Shown here piece after piece: positions 49,086 to 62,499 of a DNA stretch of 64,000 nt. This DNA comes from Chiloscyllium plagiosum. Its lineage: Eukaryota. How positions within the stretch are numbered: the first letter of the stretch is position 1; every line of letters starts with the position of its first letter. Under the pieces are notes generated by a model. The model had not been told where the DNA came from and searched no databases. It was given only the letters and a program-made list of their open reading frames with translations. A program made the position numbers and the translations under genes. The DNA lies in the NCBI RefSeq assembly GCF_004010195.1, contig NC_057719.1, forward strand, positions 17,718,165-17,782,164. The letters are read 5' to 3'.

Positions 49086-50226
49086 TCCTTTAAAATTGAA
49101 GCATCGTTCTTCTGGAAAGCACATTTTAAACAAAAACTCCTTTCTCTCCCCATCCCTCTCACTATCCTTAACTTTAAGTCTACAGTGACAACACTTTTTT
49201 TTTTAAATCGGCAAGTAAAAATATCTCATTTCCCCCAAACTTTCTAAGACTGCGATTTGAAAGTTAAACCGGACTCCCCCTAACTGACACTTTCTCGCAG
49301 ACCTTTATTATATATACATATATGTTAAAATAATGAACTTTCCGAGTGGAGTGCATGGTTTTTTTTTCGTTTCAGGGATTGTATTTTAAAAATAAGGGCT
49401 CAACTGTTTAAGAGGGGAGGAGGGGTAGGGCGGGAGGGCTGGAAGGGATTCATTCATCTGCAATTATGCTCATACGCGCACGTCTGGTAAACCGGAGAAG
49501 AGCGGGACTGCTGAAAGCTACTTACTGCTATGTTTGCAATCGTTTTTTTCTCTCTCAAGGAAATGCATTGCATTGCATTGCAACTGGCAAGCGAGCGCAT
49601 TGTACAGATAGTGACTCACGCACAATGCATACACACGGCTAATCCGAGAACTACAGAGTTGGCAACAACTGCTTATTCAAACGTTTGATGTATTTTAGTG
49701 ATTCTTTTTGAAGCTGGGGTGGGCTGGGGTGGGGGGAGTGTGGTGGGAGGAGGTGGAGAGGGAATGTACCGATTCATCCAGCTCCCTCCGCAACTCGGAT
49801 CTGCTACTGGTATTGGAGCAGCTTTCATTCACATCCAGGCACAGCGCACTGGCCACTCGCTGCTGCGCGTCCGAATCCCCTTTGCAATTATTTTTTTTAA
49901 AGTGCGTTTGCAAGGATTCTGTCCGTAAACCGGCTACAAAGCGCTCAAATTGGGTGGAAGCATCCGCTTTGTAGCAAATCCAAAATAACGCGCAAACATT
50001 AAGGGAAAGGGTCGCTGGGGGACTGCTGGAGGTGGGGACAGGGGGGGTGAACGGAAGGTGTAGAGCAGTGAGACTCAATCCTCAAATGTTCGCTTGCATC
50101 TTTTCTGAAGAGTTTTATTTTCGATCCAGAAGAATGAAAGCAATGACTGAGCTGCCTCCAGTGCACGGGTTAACACGATTATATATTCAGTCATACACCA
50201 CACACGTTATTAATTATGATGGGGAA

Positions 50227-50726
50227 NNNNNNNNNNNNNNNNNNNNNNNNNNNNNNNNNNNNNNNNNNNNNNNNNNNNNNNNNNNNNNNNNNNNNNNNNN
50301 NNNNNNNNNNNNNNNNNNNNNNNNNNNNNNNNNNNNNNNNNNNNNNNNNNNNNNNNNNNNNNNNNNNNNNNNNNNNNNNNNNNNNNNNNNNNNNNNNNNN
50401 NNNNNNNNNNNNNNNNNNNNNNNNNNNNNNNNNNNNNNNNNNNNNNNNNNNNNNNNNNNNNNNNNNNNNNNNNNNNNNNNNNNNNNNNNNNNNNNNNNNN
50501 NNNNNNNNNNNNNNNNNNNNNNNNNNNNNNNNNNNNNNNNNNNNNNNNNNNNNNNNNNNNNNNNNNNNNNNNNNNNNNNNNNNNNNNNNNNNNNNNNNNN
50601 NNNNNNNNNNNNNNNNNNNNNNNNNNNNNNNNNNNNNNNNNNNNNNNNNNNNNNNNNNNNNNNNNNNNNNNNNNNNNNNNNNNNNNNNNNNNNNNNNNNN
50701 NNNNNNNNNNNNNNNNNNNNNNNNNN
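50227..50726. other. Assembly gap (500 N)
   Basis: N run. Confidence 1.
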
Positions 50727-53629
50727 CCATTTTGTTCAAACTCTGGCAGTTTCTTCACTAACTTTATTGTTATTGGTGTTACCATCTTTCTGGCTAAATG
50801 GGTGATGGAAGCAGATGGAATACTAATTTTCAAAGGATAGATACATGTAAAGGAAATACGTTCAGAGCATAGCAGTGGGATTTGTCAAATAGCTCTGACT
50901 GTGAGCCAACACAGATATGACAGGCTGAATGGTCATTCTTCTCTGCTTTAAGATGCTGTACTTCCAAACTCCATAATAGCCTCTGTGACTGTATAGGAGG
51001 GGCTAGATGGTACTTGGTTGTCTTAGTCCGCATGGGCCAGATGTTGTAATGGAACCATCAGTTTTCAGAAAGAAAGTGCTAATGGATGCCATGAAAGAGG
51101 TTTGAGATGGATTTGATTCAAGTCATGAGGAAGCAGTGTAGCAAAGAGGCTTGAAACTGTGGTGACAGGAGCAATTGTCCACCTGAGTGTGTTATTGGAG
51201 AAGACCTTGTGCTGCGACCTTGCCTGTATTCAAACTCCCTGGCAAGAAAGATATTTGTGTTTTCACCCTGATAAAATGCATAAATGTTCTGGTCATTTCA
51301 AAAATCATTTACTTGCCTCTTTATTTTAAACAAAATCCTGTACTTTTATAAAGTGATCAGCTTCTTGCAAAAATAAAATTTGTGAACAAAAATTATCGAG
51401 ATGTTTGACTTGCCTTTATCTCTGTTTTGAAGGTGCTTTGGATGTATGTCCAGGCCTGAAAATATTTGTGACAGAATCTCCTTTGTTGTCATATCAGCTG
51501 TAAAACACCTCCAAGCATTTGGGTGTCCTGGTAACAGCCTGGGTGTGGATTCATTTCCTACTCGAGAGACTTGAGCCCATATCTGTTCTAAAACGCCCCA
51601 GTGCCAGTGCTGAGGGAAGTGCCATCTCTCAGATGAGACAATAAACCTATTTGCTCATTAAAGATTCCCATGGCACTATTTAAGACAATGGTGGGGATTT
51701 CTCGCTGTTGTTCAGGAAATTATTTAAACCCGCAACCATCATAGCTCAAATAGCTTATCTGGACATTATCAATTTGCTGTTTGTGGGATCTTGCTGTGTA
51801 GAAGTTGAATAGATTGTAAAGCACATAAATCTTGGGAGCCGCACCACTTCGATTAAGGCCACTGATAATCCTGATTTTATTTTAACAAAAACAACATTGA
51901 CCTGGAATGAACCAGCAGGATTGATGGAATCGCTGTTGTTTCACCGTGACTATTGATCTCTTTTGATTTATCATGCTGTCAGATTCCATTGTCTCTTAAG
52001 TCTTACTGCAATCTTGCAAAGCAACTTTTACTGTATATGCAAGATTCGGCAGTCTTTCGGTGTTTTACGTTTTGCTTTTAATCCCAGCCTCTCTCGCTTC
52101 CTCAAATGTCCCGCTCGCCCCATGAAATAATTAGAAATAAATAATCTGAACTAGTGGGAGATGGGGCCAGGGATTTTGAAAGGATGTGGTAATGTAATTT
52201 CAACCTGTTTTGACCCAGAAAGGTTCTTGTGGAAACAACAGTGCTTGCAGTCTGTGCAGCTTCAGCCAGCACTGTCACTATTCCCACATAGGGGAGGCTG
52301 TAGGACAGCTTTTGCAGGGAAATACTGGAGATGTATTGGTGTACCACTGTATTAGGCAGGGAACAAAGGGCGCTTCTTTTGCTTAAGACTAGCTTGAAAA
52401 ATCATTGTATATTTTTCATTAAACTGAAATAACTAGGTTTTGCAAACATTTTTCTATCTCCACTCCTCAAGAAAGAAACACTGAGTTTTGCAGTTTTTTT
52501 AAAAAAAAGTACTTGTTGGACCATTCTGGTCACTTGACCTTTTCAAATAAGGAGAGAGTTGTTTAATTGCCAGTTTTTGGACACTTTTCTGTGGAATACA
52601 AGCCCACCTGTGTGAGACAGGGTATGAGTAGCAGTTCATTTTATCATGAGGGAATGGAGCCTGTTCGTTATGCCTGCAGTAAAGCTCCTCTGAAAGCTTA
52701 GCTTCTTAGAGTGGAAGCACCCGTACTTGTCTGAAAAGGAAGGCTGTGTCAAAATCCACTTGTCATGCCTGACAAATTGAACTCGGCCAAGGCGTAGTTG
52801 TCTTAATACTACGATGTCATGACTTCGGTGTTTGGACTGATCTGTCCTCCCTTTAGGTTGGTGGTGTTGTGGGAGGGTAGGGGAAGGTGGAGAACAGAAA
52901 TACTCCCTAGGATGCTAGCATTGTTGTGGGGAAGCATCTTTGTGGATTCTTCAAGCCAGCTGAGTGGTACAATCCTGTGAATAAGGCTGTCTGTCCTGCT
53001 GAGTACCTAGCATTGTACTGTAGCTAGAGTCCAAGGAGCAGCAGCACCTTGTTTATTGTACAGTTGCCAAAGACTGTACTATTGTCAGCATTGTTAACTG
53101 CTAGCTAACACCAGCACGATTGAAATCGTTTTCTGTGACATTCCAATTGACTGAATTCAGATAACTTAACACTGTAACTATGTGTAGCCATTGCTCTCTT
53201 GTTAACCCCTGGCTTCCACTCCGTTCTCACCCTGTTCAGTTCTTGCTCATTTATACAGCATTCCTCCTGGTTGATGGCTAAAACTCACAAATCTAGGAGT
53301 TGCAAACTGGAGGTATCGAAGCCCATCTTGGTTAATTGCCTTCCATCATCTGGATAATGGACAATGGGAGGGAGGGAGACACAGGCTTGACTTCAAACTG
53401 ATAACCAAACCCCAGTGCCTACAACCGAAAATGCAGGAGTGTGAACCCAAGGTGAGAATGGATAGGACTTTACAGCTCAATAGCTGCTGAACGTTAAAGA
53501 GGGAGAAAGGGCTGGATGGGGTATCTCTCATTGGAAGACAAAAGGAATAGATACAAATAGAATGTGGAGAACTGAAGGATTTATCAGACATTTATTTTAT
53601 TCCTTTGTCTCTCTCTCTCTTCCTACACC

Positions 53630-54740
53630 ACAAACACAACAGTATAACCCCTTGTAAGATGTAAGATATGTCAGAGGAGCATTTTAAAACAAAGTGTGAC
53701 ACCAGATTACAGAAGAAGATATTAAATGAAAGGACCAGAAGCTTGGGAAAGAGGGAGTGTCTTAAGGAATGTCTTAAAAGAGGAAAGCAGCAGAATCAGA
53801 GAGAGTATTCCGGAGTTTGTGTCATTGTAGTTGAATGCATGACCATTGAAGGTGGAGCAGTTATAATTGGGCGTGCACAAGAAGCTCAGTATTTGAAGCT
53901 GGAGAAGATTTCAGAGAAAAGGATGACACCATGGAGGGATTTGAAAATGAGGATGGGAATTTGAAAATCAAAACTTTGATTGACTGAGTAGCATTGTTGG
54001 TCAGTGAGTATCTGGGTGATAGGGAAATTGAACTTCAAGATTAAGTTGGATGGAATGTGGGGAATAATAAGGAATGCATTTAACAATTAAGATCCGTAAG
54101 GCACGGATGAGGGTTTCAGAACAGATAAACTGAGATGAGGCACAGTTGGATGATGTTATAGGAAGAGGAAATGGACAAATTTAGCCATGTCATGAATATG
54201 AAATTGGAAGCTTATCTCAATGTTGTATTTGGCATCAAACATACAAACAAACTAAAACAAAACAAAGAACTGCCAATGCTGAAGATCTGGAAAAAAAAGC
54301 TGAATTTAATGGAGAAACTCAGCAGGTCTGGCAGTATCTGTGAAGAGGAAAGAACATTAATATTTTGAGTAGGGTGACCCTTCTTCAGAATTGAATTTTT
54401 AATTCTGAAGAAGGGTCTTTGGACCTAAAATGTTAACTCTGTTTTCTCTACCTCAGTACTGCCAGAACCAGCTGGGTTTATTCAACAATTTCTGTTTTTG
54501 TTTGATGCAAACAGAAAAGCTTAATCTCAGACAGTTGCCAGGGAGCGGGATGGAGTTATTAGCTGGAGAGTTTTGAGCAGAGACCAAAGTGAGGTGACTT
54601 CATTCTGACCAACATTTAATTTAAGACTATTTCTGCTCATCCAGTATTGAATGTTGGACATCAGAAGATAATTTAACACAGTGGAGGCACTGAGAGAAGT
54701 GATTGGGTAACAGAGTTGTGCTCACCAATGATTTTCAGTT
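53630..54740 (-). mobile_element. Old L2-type LINE fragment interrupted by a pLTR pair
   Basis: Reverse-strand translation 'FQIPILIFKSLHGV' resembles the L2 ORF2 C-terminal FKILLLVFKSLHG motif. Confidence 0.55.
54255..54503. mobile_element. Head-to-head Penelope pLTR pair, older subfamily
   Basis: gacccttcttcagaatt-gaattttt-aattctgaagaagggtc centre; arms with gagaaactcagcaggtctggcag / ctgccagaaccagctggg. Confidence 0.75.
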
Positions 54741-56994
54741 TCTGAACTCGATTTGCATCTACAATCAAACCTTTGAGTGTGATGTTTTTGGGAAGAAGAG
54801 GATAAAGATAAAATTTAGAAGGGGAAGAAAATTTGCTTTCTTCTCTCTCTTTCATGTCATGAGCACACCTCAATGCAATTCTCAGAGAATTGGAGTATGA
54901 TGGTTAAGACATTCCTTTCTCCTTAGTTTTCAGTGATATTTGGGACTTTGAGTGCACGGACGTGTTTTTAACGTCTGTGACTTATTGCATGTGGGACAAA
55001 GCATGACTCTTTCCAAAGCTTTGCAACTGCTCCGAGTTAAAAGATATTGCCCCATTGACTGTATGTTTAGAGGCATTTCATCACAATAGTCCTATAAATC
55101 ACAAGCGTGAGTGACTCACTTGTGACAGTGTCCTCAGAAGTGACAAAACCCTTGTAATGCGTGAACAGCAGTGCGATACTCTGTTCTATTTGTGGGTGAG
55201 CTTTGAGAGCACAGTGTACGTTGCATTTTGGGCTCTATAATCTGTGAATCTAAGAGAGTGTGATTGGGATCACTCCGCCTGATTGATGCTTGAGTCTGTT
55301 GTAACTATATTCTAGTCAACCAATTCAGAGATGCTATTACCACACCTCTGGAGTGGGTGGGACTTGAACCCAGGCCTCCTGTCTCAGAGCAGGGGCCACT
55401 ACCACTGCACCACAAAGACCTGATGGTGTTTTGTCATATTTGGATTCAGTGAATTGCCAAGTGATAGGACTGGGAAGAGATGCAGCGCCATTCTTTAACC
55501 TGTACTGATCCCTGCTGGGTTAGTGGACTTGGTCCTCATAAGCTAGATGAAGTCGTCAGAGGGAAGAGGTTGCCCACTCTCAGACACCACATGGACTAAC
55601 TAGGCATGTGGTCAAGTCGGAAGTGCAGGGTTGGGCAGAGATTTAGTAGTAACAGACTAGGAAATGCGTGTGATGCCTCCATTGTTCTCCCCTTCCTACC
55701 TCCAGTGGCTGAATAGCTTGTTGAAGCTCTCAACTAAATCTTCACAAGAGTATTCTTGTATGACACTGTAATGGCATTGTCCCCAACATGGTACAGTCAG
55801 TGCCTCCAAGAGGAGAAGGAAACAGAGGTGTGGGGGAGGAGGGGATACGGTTAAGGAATTGACACGTGAAAGAAATTCCTTTGTATTCCCAGTCCGTAGA
55901 ACCTGCATCCTGAATAGATTGGAAAAATAACCTGAAGAAGAGACATGGAATTAATCATAAATACTGAACACCATATGGACTAAATATAAAGTCAAGTACA
56001 TAAGTTATTTTGACTTCTCTTTTCTAGCAGATAACCTGTTGAACAAATATTTAACAAAATGAAACTTTTTATACAACTTCGCAAGGAAAATTTTTTTTAT
56101 TCCCTCCCTCACCAGCCGCACAACCACTTGTCCAGTTGCACATGAAAGAAAACCTTTAAAATCGACTGATATTTTTAACTCCCTTGTCCCTCCTGTGTAT
56201 ATGTTGGTTGTTTACTAGGGCTCAAAACACATAATGTTCTGCACTCCAGGGACAAGCAGTAAGATGCTTTAAGTGTAGATGAACAAAACAGTGTGCCTCT
56301 CCTCCACTAAAGTGTCAAAACTGTATGCGCGCAGCCCTTCAAAAACCCAGCTAAATTTAGTATTAAATCAAAGTTCTCTGTTTTAAATCCATGCAAGATG
56401 TTGCCATTTTAACTATGAAAGGGACCGAGAGAGTTGGAAGCCTTTTTTTTATTGCTGTCTTTAAATTGAGTTTGGTTGCCTTGCACAGCTGGTGCTCATT
56501 AAGATATGCACTATCAATAAAATAGCATGTGTAATTAATTTTTAATGCAGTATTGTAAGTAGCACTTTAAAGCAGTTCCAGTACATGGGGAATTTTTGAT
56601 GACCAGTGAAGGAAGATGAAAGTGATTAGATCAGTTGTTAAAAATAGGAGACCTGACAGGGTGAGGGGATAAAGTTGGGACCCACGCAGGCATGAATCTA
56701 GAGCAGCTTGTGCCAGAAGAGACCCCAAAACTCTTGGGGTGGGGGGAATGGAGTGCAGTAAAACGCTGCCCCAGATCAAAGCCTCCCTGATACTGAGGAA
56801 GTGTTGACCACCTTAAAGTATACATTCCAAGGATACAATGGCTTTGGAAATAGTGCAATACATACTCACCACTGTGTTAGTATATTAATCCTTCAAGCTG
56901 GATTATGAGGCAAGGTAACAGAAATTAGGTTATGTTGCAGAGAATGCAGAAGTTTAAGGTGAGGTATGAATGATCCTTTTAGGATTTTAGAAGG

Positions 56995-57199
56995 AGTCAA
57001 AGAGTGTAGTGCTAGAAAAGCACAGGCAGTCAGGCAGCATCTGAGGAGCAGGAGAGACAGCATTTCGAGCATCGGGATGAAGGGCTTATGCTTGAAACAT
57101 CGACTGTCCTGCTCCTCAGATGCTGCCTGACTGTCTCTGCATTTCCAGCACCACACTCATCAACTCTGATCTCCAGCATCTGAAGTCCTCACTTTTTCC
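56995..57199. mobile_element. Palindromic Penelope-derived mini-element; perfect 14-bp TSD
   Basis: TSD aggattttagaagg at 56981-56994 and 57200-57213; inserted in an old CR1 3' region. Confidence 0.85.
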
Positions 57200-60100
57200 A
57201 GGATTTTAGAAGGGGTTAGTATGGTCAGTAGGGACAGAGAGAGAGAGAGAGAGAGTGTTTCTTCTGCTGGGAATATCTCAGATCAGAGTTGGGCCATTCA
57301 GGAGAGAAATTTGGGGATACATCTTGAAGGCTGGTTGAAAAGTGCACCTCTCCCACAAAACAATGACTTTAAATCTGGACCTAATTGATTTTAGCCAGCC
57401 AAGAATTTTAAGGGAAATGGAGTCAGGAAAGTTGAATGGAGTTAGGATACAGGTGTGGACTGATTGAAAGATGGAACTGATTCAGGGGTTGCTGTAGGGC
57501 CATTTCTGTGGCTATGTATGTAGTAGTAATGTACATACCAATTGTAAAAGGAACTTGTACAAAATCTTCCATTACCTGAATGGGTTATTTATTTCAGTGT
57601 GCTGAAACCATTCTCTCACATGGTTGGATGAAACATTGAGGGAAAGCTCATTGTCTATCTTTTCCTTCCCTCCCACTCAAACCACCATTCTCCCCGTCCC
57701 CCTGAAAAATCCAAAACATTAAAAAGCAGTAGGACAGGAATATTAGAAGGTGTTCCAGTCAGATTTGCATTAGTAGGTTCGAGAATGGGATTTGGAGAGC
57801 CCTGGACATTATCACCATCCGAGATATTTACATTGGAGATCTGTGTGAGGGAGCAATTAAAATGTGGAGATATGCTTTAAGAAAGACAGGTGCTTGAAGT
57901 GTTTATTGATTTTAAGACTTGTACATCTGTTAGTTTGGATTTTAGTTTGTCAACTTGTGTAATCAGAATGACCAAATAATGTATTGTTTTCACCATACTT
58001 TCCAGGAAAGGAGTAAAAATCTGTTACTTAAGCCCAATAAAATAATAAGCTAGAACCAAAGATAATTGAATATTTGTTCAAAAATTTGTACTTCTTTTAA
58101 GTTTTATTTATACCGTTTTTATTTGGCATATTTTGTCAATGAAATGTTTAAGACAATTGCCAACCTCACAGGAACTTTCAAACCAGGATACAAACTCGTT
58201 CAACAGACATAGTGACGACCACCATGTTCCGATTTGGTCTATTCTTTCCTTCTGAAATAGGCTACAAAAGGAAAGTAAGCAAGAGAACTACCTGATAAAA
58301 GTGAGATAAGATTAAAAGCCAGCCCACACTTGGTATCCAGCACCATGATGGTTGTTGAAGATACAGTAACAACAAGGTGGTATTTCAGTAGGACGATGTC
58401 TTTTCGTGGATTCCTGACCAAAAGTGGCATCAACTGACTTATTTTAAAAAAGGATTGAGCTCTAGAAATTGCATGAGAATACTTTACATATTAAAATCTG
58501 GATGAGATTGTGTCGTGATTCCCCCTTGCACCTTCTTAAAGTTTTGCAGAAGAGTTGAAATTGTAGCAGATGGGTGTTCACAAATATGAAGAATTGCTTG
58601 CTTGCAGTATCTTTATTTTGAACCTTTGAATTTCTGAACTGTGCTTTCTTACAGATAGTTGCATGGGATCAACAACACAGAAACAGACCATCGGGTCAGC
58701 AGGTCTGGGCTGGTATTCTACATGATCCTCACACCAACTCTCTCTCTTTAGTGCTGATGGCATCACCTTATTTTCCTTTCTCCCTTGTGTAGTTAACAAA
58801 CTTACCCTTAAAGCATTAGTGCAATTGCCTCAAAACCTCCTTGTGGTAATCTATACTGTATCACAGTTATTCTATGCATAGAGATGTTTCTCAGGGATTG
58901 CCATTAGGATTTATTAGGACTTCTGTTATATCAGTGGCTGCTGCTCGATATCTTCGACAGTGGGTATTGTCTGCATATCTTCCCGATATGCTATGAATTC
59001 AGTGCGGTGAGATGCTAAACTATTTCTCTCGGTTCGCATGGGGCAGGTTGTAACAGCTGCTTCCCTAAGCACATTAGACCTTGAGTAGGATCACGAGAGC
59101 CCACCTTGACCCCTTTCTTGGCTCGCCTGAGCTGCCAGCTGGTCAGAGGGTGACAGAAATTATGTGGGAATATTGGAGAAAGGTTATGACCTTGCCCTCG
59201 TGCTATTCTGTTAGGGAAATTGAGATGTGTACTGTATACAACAAACTGACTCATCACAGGAGAGCAAATTAATAAATAAGTGAGATGCGCTTCTTTGGAT
59301 CCTTAAATAGACTATCCTGCAAGATATTTTCACTAGCCCCTGCAGCAATAAACTCTGCATCTCCATATCCTTTCGTTTAGCTTGGAATCGGATGAGACAG
59401 AATGACATTTTGTCAATACGTCGTGGTATTGCACCAGCATGTAAATCCATTGGAATCTTTTTTTGATCAGTGGGGGAATGCAGCACAGAGGGGAAATTGC
59501 TGGAATATGTTGGTTAACCTGACCTTTTTATTAGTGTCAAGTGTCACAGAATCCTGTGGCACGTAATGAAAACAGGTCAGGATGAAAAATATGATGTCTT
59601 TTTGACCCTACTCCCATGTCGTTATAATTCAGTAATGATAACAATAACCCTGTATATACAGAGAGAAGACAACCTGCAGTACAAGGCAGGTTGAAGTAAC
59701 TCTTACTGGTTTAAGAGCCGCTTCAATAGGTTGTGCATCAAAATAAGCCATCAGCTTGACTTTGTATATATTGAACAAAAGTGTCCATTTTTTAAGGGAG
59801 GATTGCAAGCTGGAGAGGAAAGAGATTCTCTCAAACCATTGTTTACGGTGACATTGCGAACAAGTTTGTTCTATGGCTGTTTTCAATATTTTCTATAAAT
59901 AGTGTTCTTGCATTAGGACTCAGTACTTCTACAGAACTGTAGTAATAATGATGGCATTAAAATGTAGGGTTGAAACACAACTCATTTTCATCTTTTAATA
60001 AATTGATGGCAGGTTGTTGTTTTTGTTTGGACTGTTTCAGGTAAATTAAAAGTTTACATTCTGTAAGAATGTTCTTGACAGCTATTTGGATTTAATCCTG

Positions 60101-60789
60101 CTTCACCCAGATTTGTAGGATCACGGTTGAATGCAGAACTTTAAGAACATGATTCAAACATTTCTGAAAGGTGTTTGCCCCACCACCCTAATCCCTCAAG
60201 GGAAGTTTGTAGTCAATTGTGCTGTCGCAAATTATGGTATTCTGTTGTACAATAAATTATTGAGTGGCCATTTCAGGCATTCTGAACAATTGTAGTCTTT
60301 TGTTTAATGACACCTCAGTGTACAATCACAGAATGGTAATAGTGTAGAAGGAGGCCATTTGGCTTGCCCTGGTTGTGTTTGGCCCTCTTGATACACCTAT
60401 TTCCCAGACAACAAAGGCCCTGTCAAGCCATACAGAATAAAGATGGTGACTTGAGCTTCAGTATTCCTCCCGAGTGGATGATCTGCGAACATTGATTTGT
60501 CTAATAACTAAATCTGCCAGAGCTGCCCTTTGCAGCACTTTTACCCAGCTTCGGGACAAGCTCTGAACCAAAACAAAAAGTATGCCATAACCCGCTCATG
60601 TGGAACTTTTGGTGCTCGGAGGCTTGTGTGTATATATCAAAAGAAACTGCAGCCTCTGTGATTAAGGGACAGGGTGCCACATGTTGCAAATGTCTTGTTT
60701 CTGAAACTGGTGAAGCTGGATAGACATGAACGTAATTTCCTTTGTCAAAGGATTAATTTTCAGGCATTCCCTGACACTACTCCCCGGAT

Positions 60790-60998
60790 AGGAGAAAGTG
60801 AGGACTGCAGATGCTGACGATCAGCTGAAAATGTGTTGCTGGAAAAGCGCAGCAGGTCAGACAGCATCCAAGGAGCAGGAGAATCGACGTTTCGGGCATG
60901 AGCCCTTCTTCAGGAAGGGCTCTTGCCTGAAACGTCGACTCTCCTGCTCCTTGGATGCTGCTTGACCTGCTGCGCTTTTCCAGCAATACATTTTCAGC
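60790..60998. mobile_element. Palindromic Penelope-derived mini-element with intact minus-strand hammerhead motif; ~14-bp TSD
   Basis: TSD actactccccggat (60776-60789) / actactctccgaat (60999-61012); minus strand ttc-CTGAAGA-a-gggc-tcat-gccc-GAAACGTC-gatt. Confidence 0.85.
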
Positions 60999-61739
60999 AC
61001 TACTCTCCGAATCCCAGGTTTCAGGATGGCCAATTGCTGTTTAACAATGCAGTCAATGGTTTGAGAATTTGCAATTGGAAGATGTGGAAAAATGTGATGA
61101 TGGGAGTATGGGTGCAATGAGATGAGTAAAGGTAACATACACCCCTTGTTAGAGGAATAAGACTAATTCTATTTCTGAGTTTGCCCTGTTCTGTCTGGCA
61201 AACACAAAGAAAATAGCACGAAGTAATGCGAGTAGGGAGCTCTTCAGCTCGCTATTGATTCTGTGACTGTGTCACTTTCTCTTGAAATGCGCACAATGGG
61301 CACTTTGCTGCTAGTTGGAACTGGAAATCAAGTGGTGAAATATGTAAATTGTCAGTTAGAAATTAAACAGAATGCCCAGAAATGCAATCAAGGACATGTA
61401 AGTATATCTTGTAGAGTAGATGAGGTTAACTGGAGAACGAAGAAAAGTTAGACTCTTCCAGAACTAAGTGGCTGATGCTGTATAGTAGTCAGCCAGCTTG
61501 CAACATAAGCATATTTTTAAACTTCTGTTGAAGCTGATGCTCACAGGAAATGAGAGCTGGAATGTCGATTGAAGGAACTAGAAAGGACTTGTGAGACTAT
61601 TTGGAAAAGATCAGGGAAAGCTTTCCTCCTGCAGCAGCTCCATTCTTTTTGAGCCGTGTTGTTGCAAAATGCCACAGATTCTGGAAATCTGAACTAACAC
61701 CCAAAATTTTCTTGAAACGTCCAGTAGATCAAGCAGGGT

Positions 61740-62045
61740 GAGGTTTTATAGTGAGGCTCCTTTCATCCATTCAGGTGGATGGTAAAGATCCATTGTTGTT
61801 GTTGCATCTAAGAGCAGGGGAAATCTTTTTGGTGGTCTGGCCAATATTGAGCCAGCATTGCTAAAACAGATTATCTGGTCATTATCACATTGCTGTTTGT
61901 GGGAATTTGTGGTGTGTACAAATTGGCTGCGGTGTTTCCGACATTACAACAATGGCTGCACTTCAAGAAACTACCTCATTGGCTGTAATTTCTCTTTGTG
62001 ACACTTAGAGGTCATGAAAGACCCTATGTAAATGCAATGTTTTAT
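61740..62045 (+). mobile_element. Ancient Deu-domain-like SINE
   Basis: tcaggtggatggtaaagatccc...gagcagggg...tggccaatatt...gattatctggtcattatcacattgctgtttgtggga...cattggctgtaa. Confidence 0.6.
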
Positions 62046-62499
62046 TTAATTTATGTGGAACAGTGCCAAAGTAGAGAAAGTTGGAGGGAGAGCAAAAAGT
62101 AGAAACTGTTGCCTAAAACAACTCACTCAATTCTGGCCAGTTGTACAGAACCTTGGCTTTTTTTTTGTTGTTTGTTGAAAATTTTGACAGGAGCTAGGCT
62201 CAGCTCCCAAGATTTTTTAGCTGGGAGCTGTTGGCAGGGAGCTAAAATCTGGACTAAGCACTAGAGAGTTTGGCAAGGAAGTGTGCATTGCAATCTCTAC
62301 AAGGTGTGATTGCAAGCAGGAGCTAAGTTTAACTCTAAAAGACACGGCTTCTGCAACATCCAGCTCTCCAGTACTTGTTTTCATTCCCGGTCGAGGTCTG
62401 TGACCATAGGTTAGCTGTATTAATACACAGCCCATTATTACCAAGATATACAAATCGGAAGGTATAAGATTTTGACCCTGGCTGATGTAACTAATCACA

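Noticed and set aside
49695..50078. ORF containing SSRSELRR, similar to human BCL11B SSRSELRK
   Set aside because: Short chance match; no flanking similarity or exon structure.
62202..62247. Small hairpin CAGCTCCCA...TGGGAGCTG with GAGCT reiteration
   Set aside because: A 9-bp stem alone is compatible with chance; no second copy or RNA-family features.
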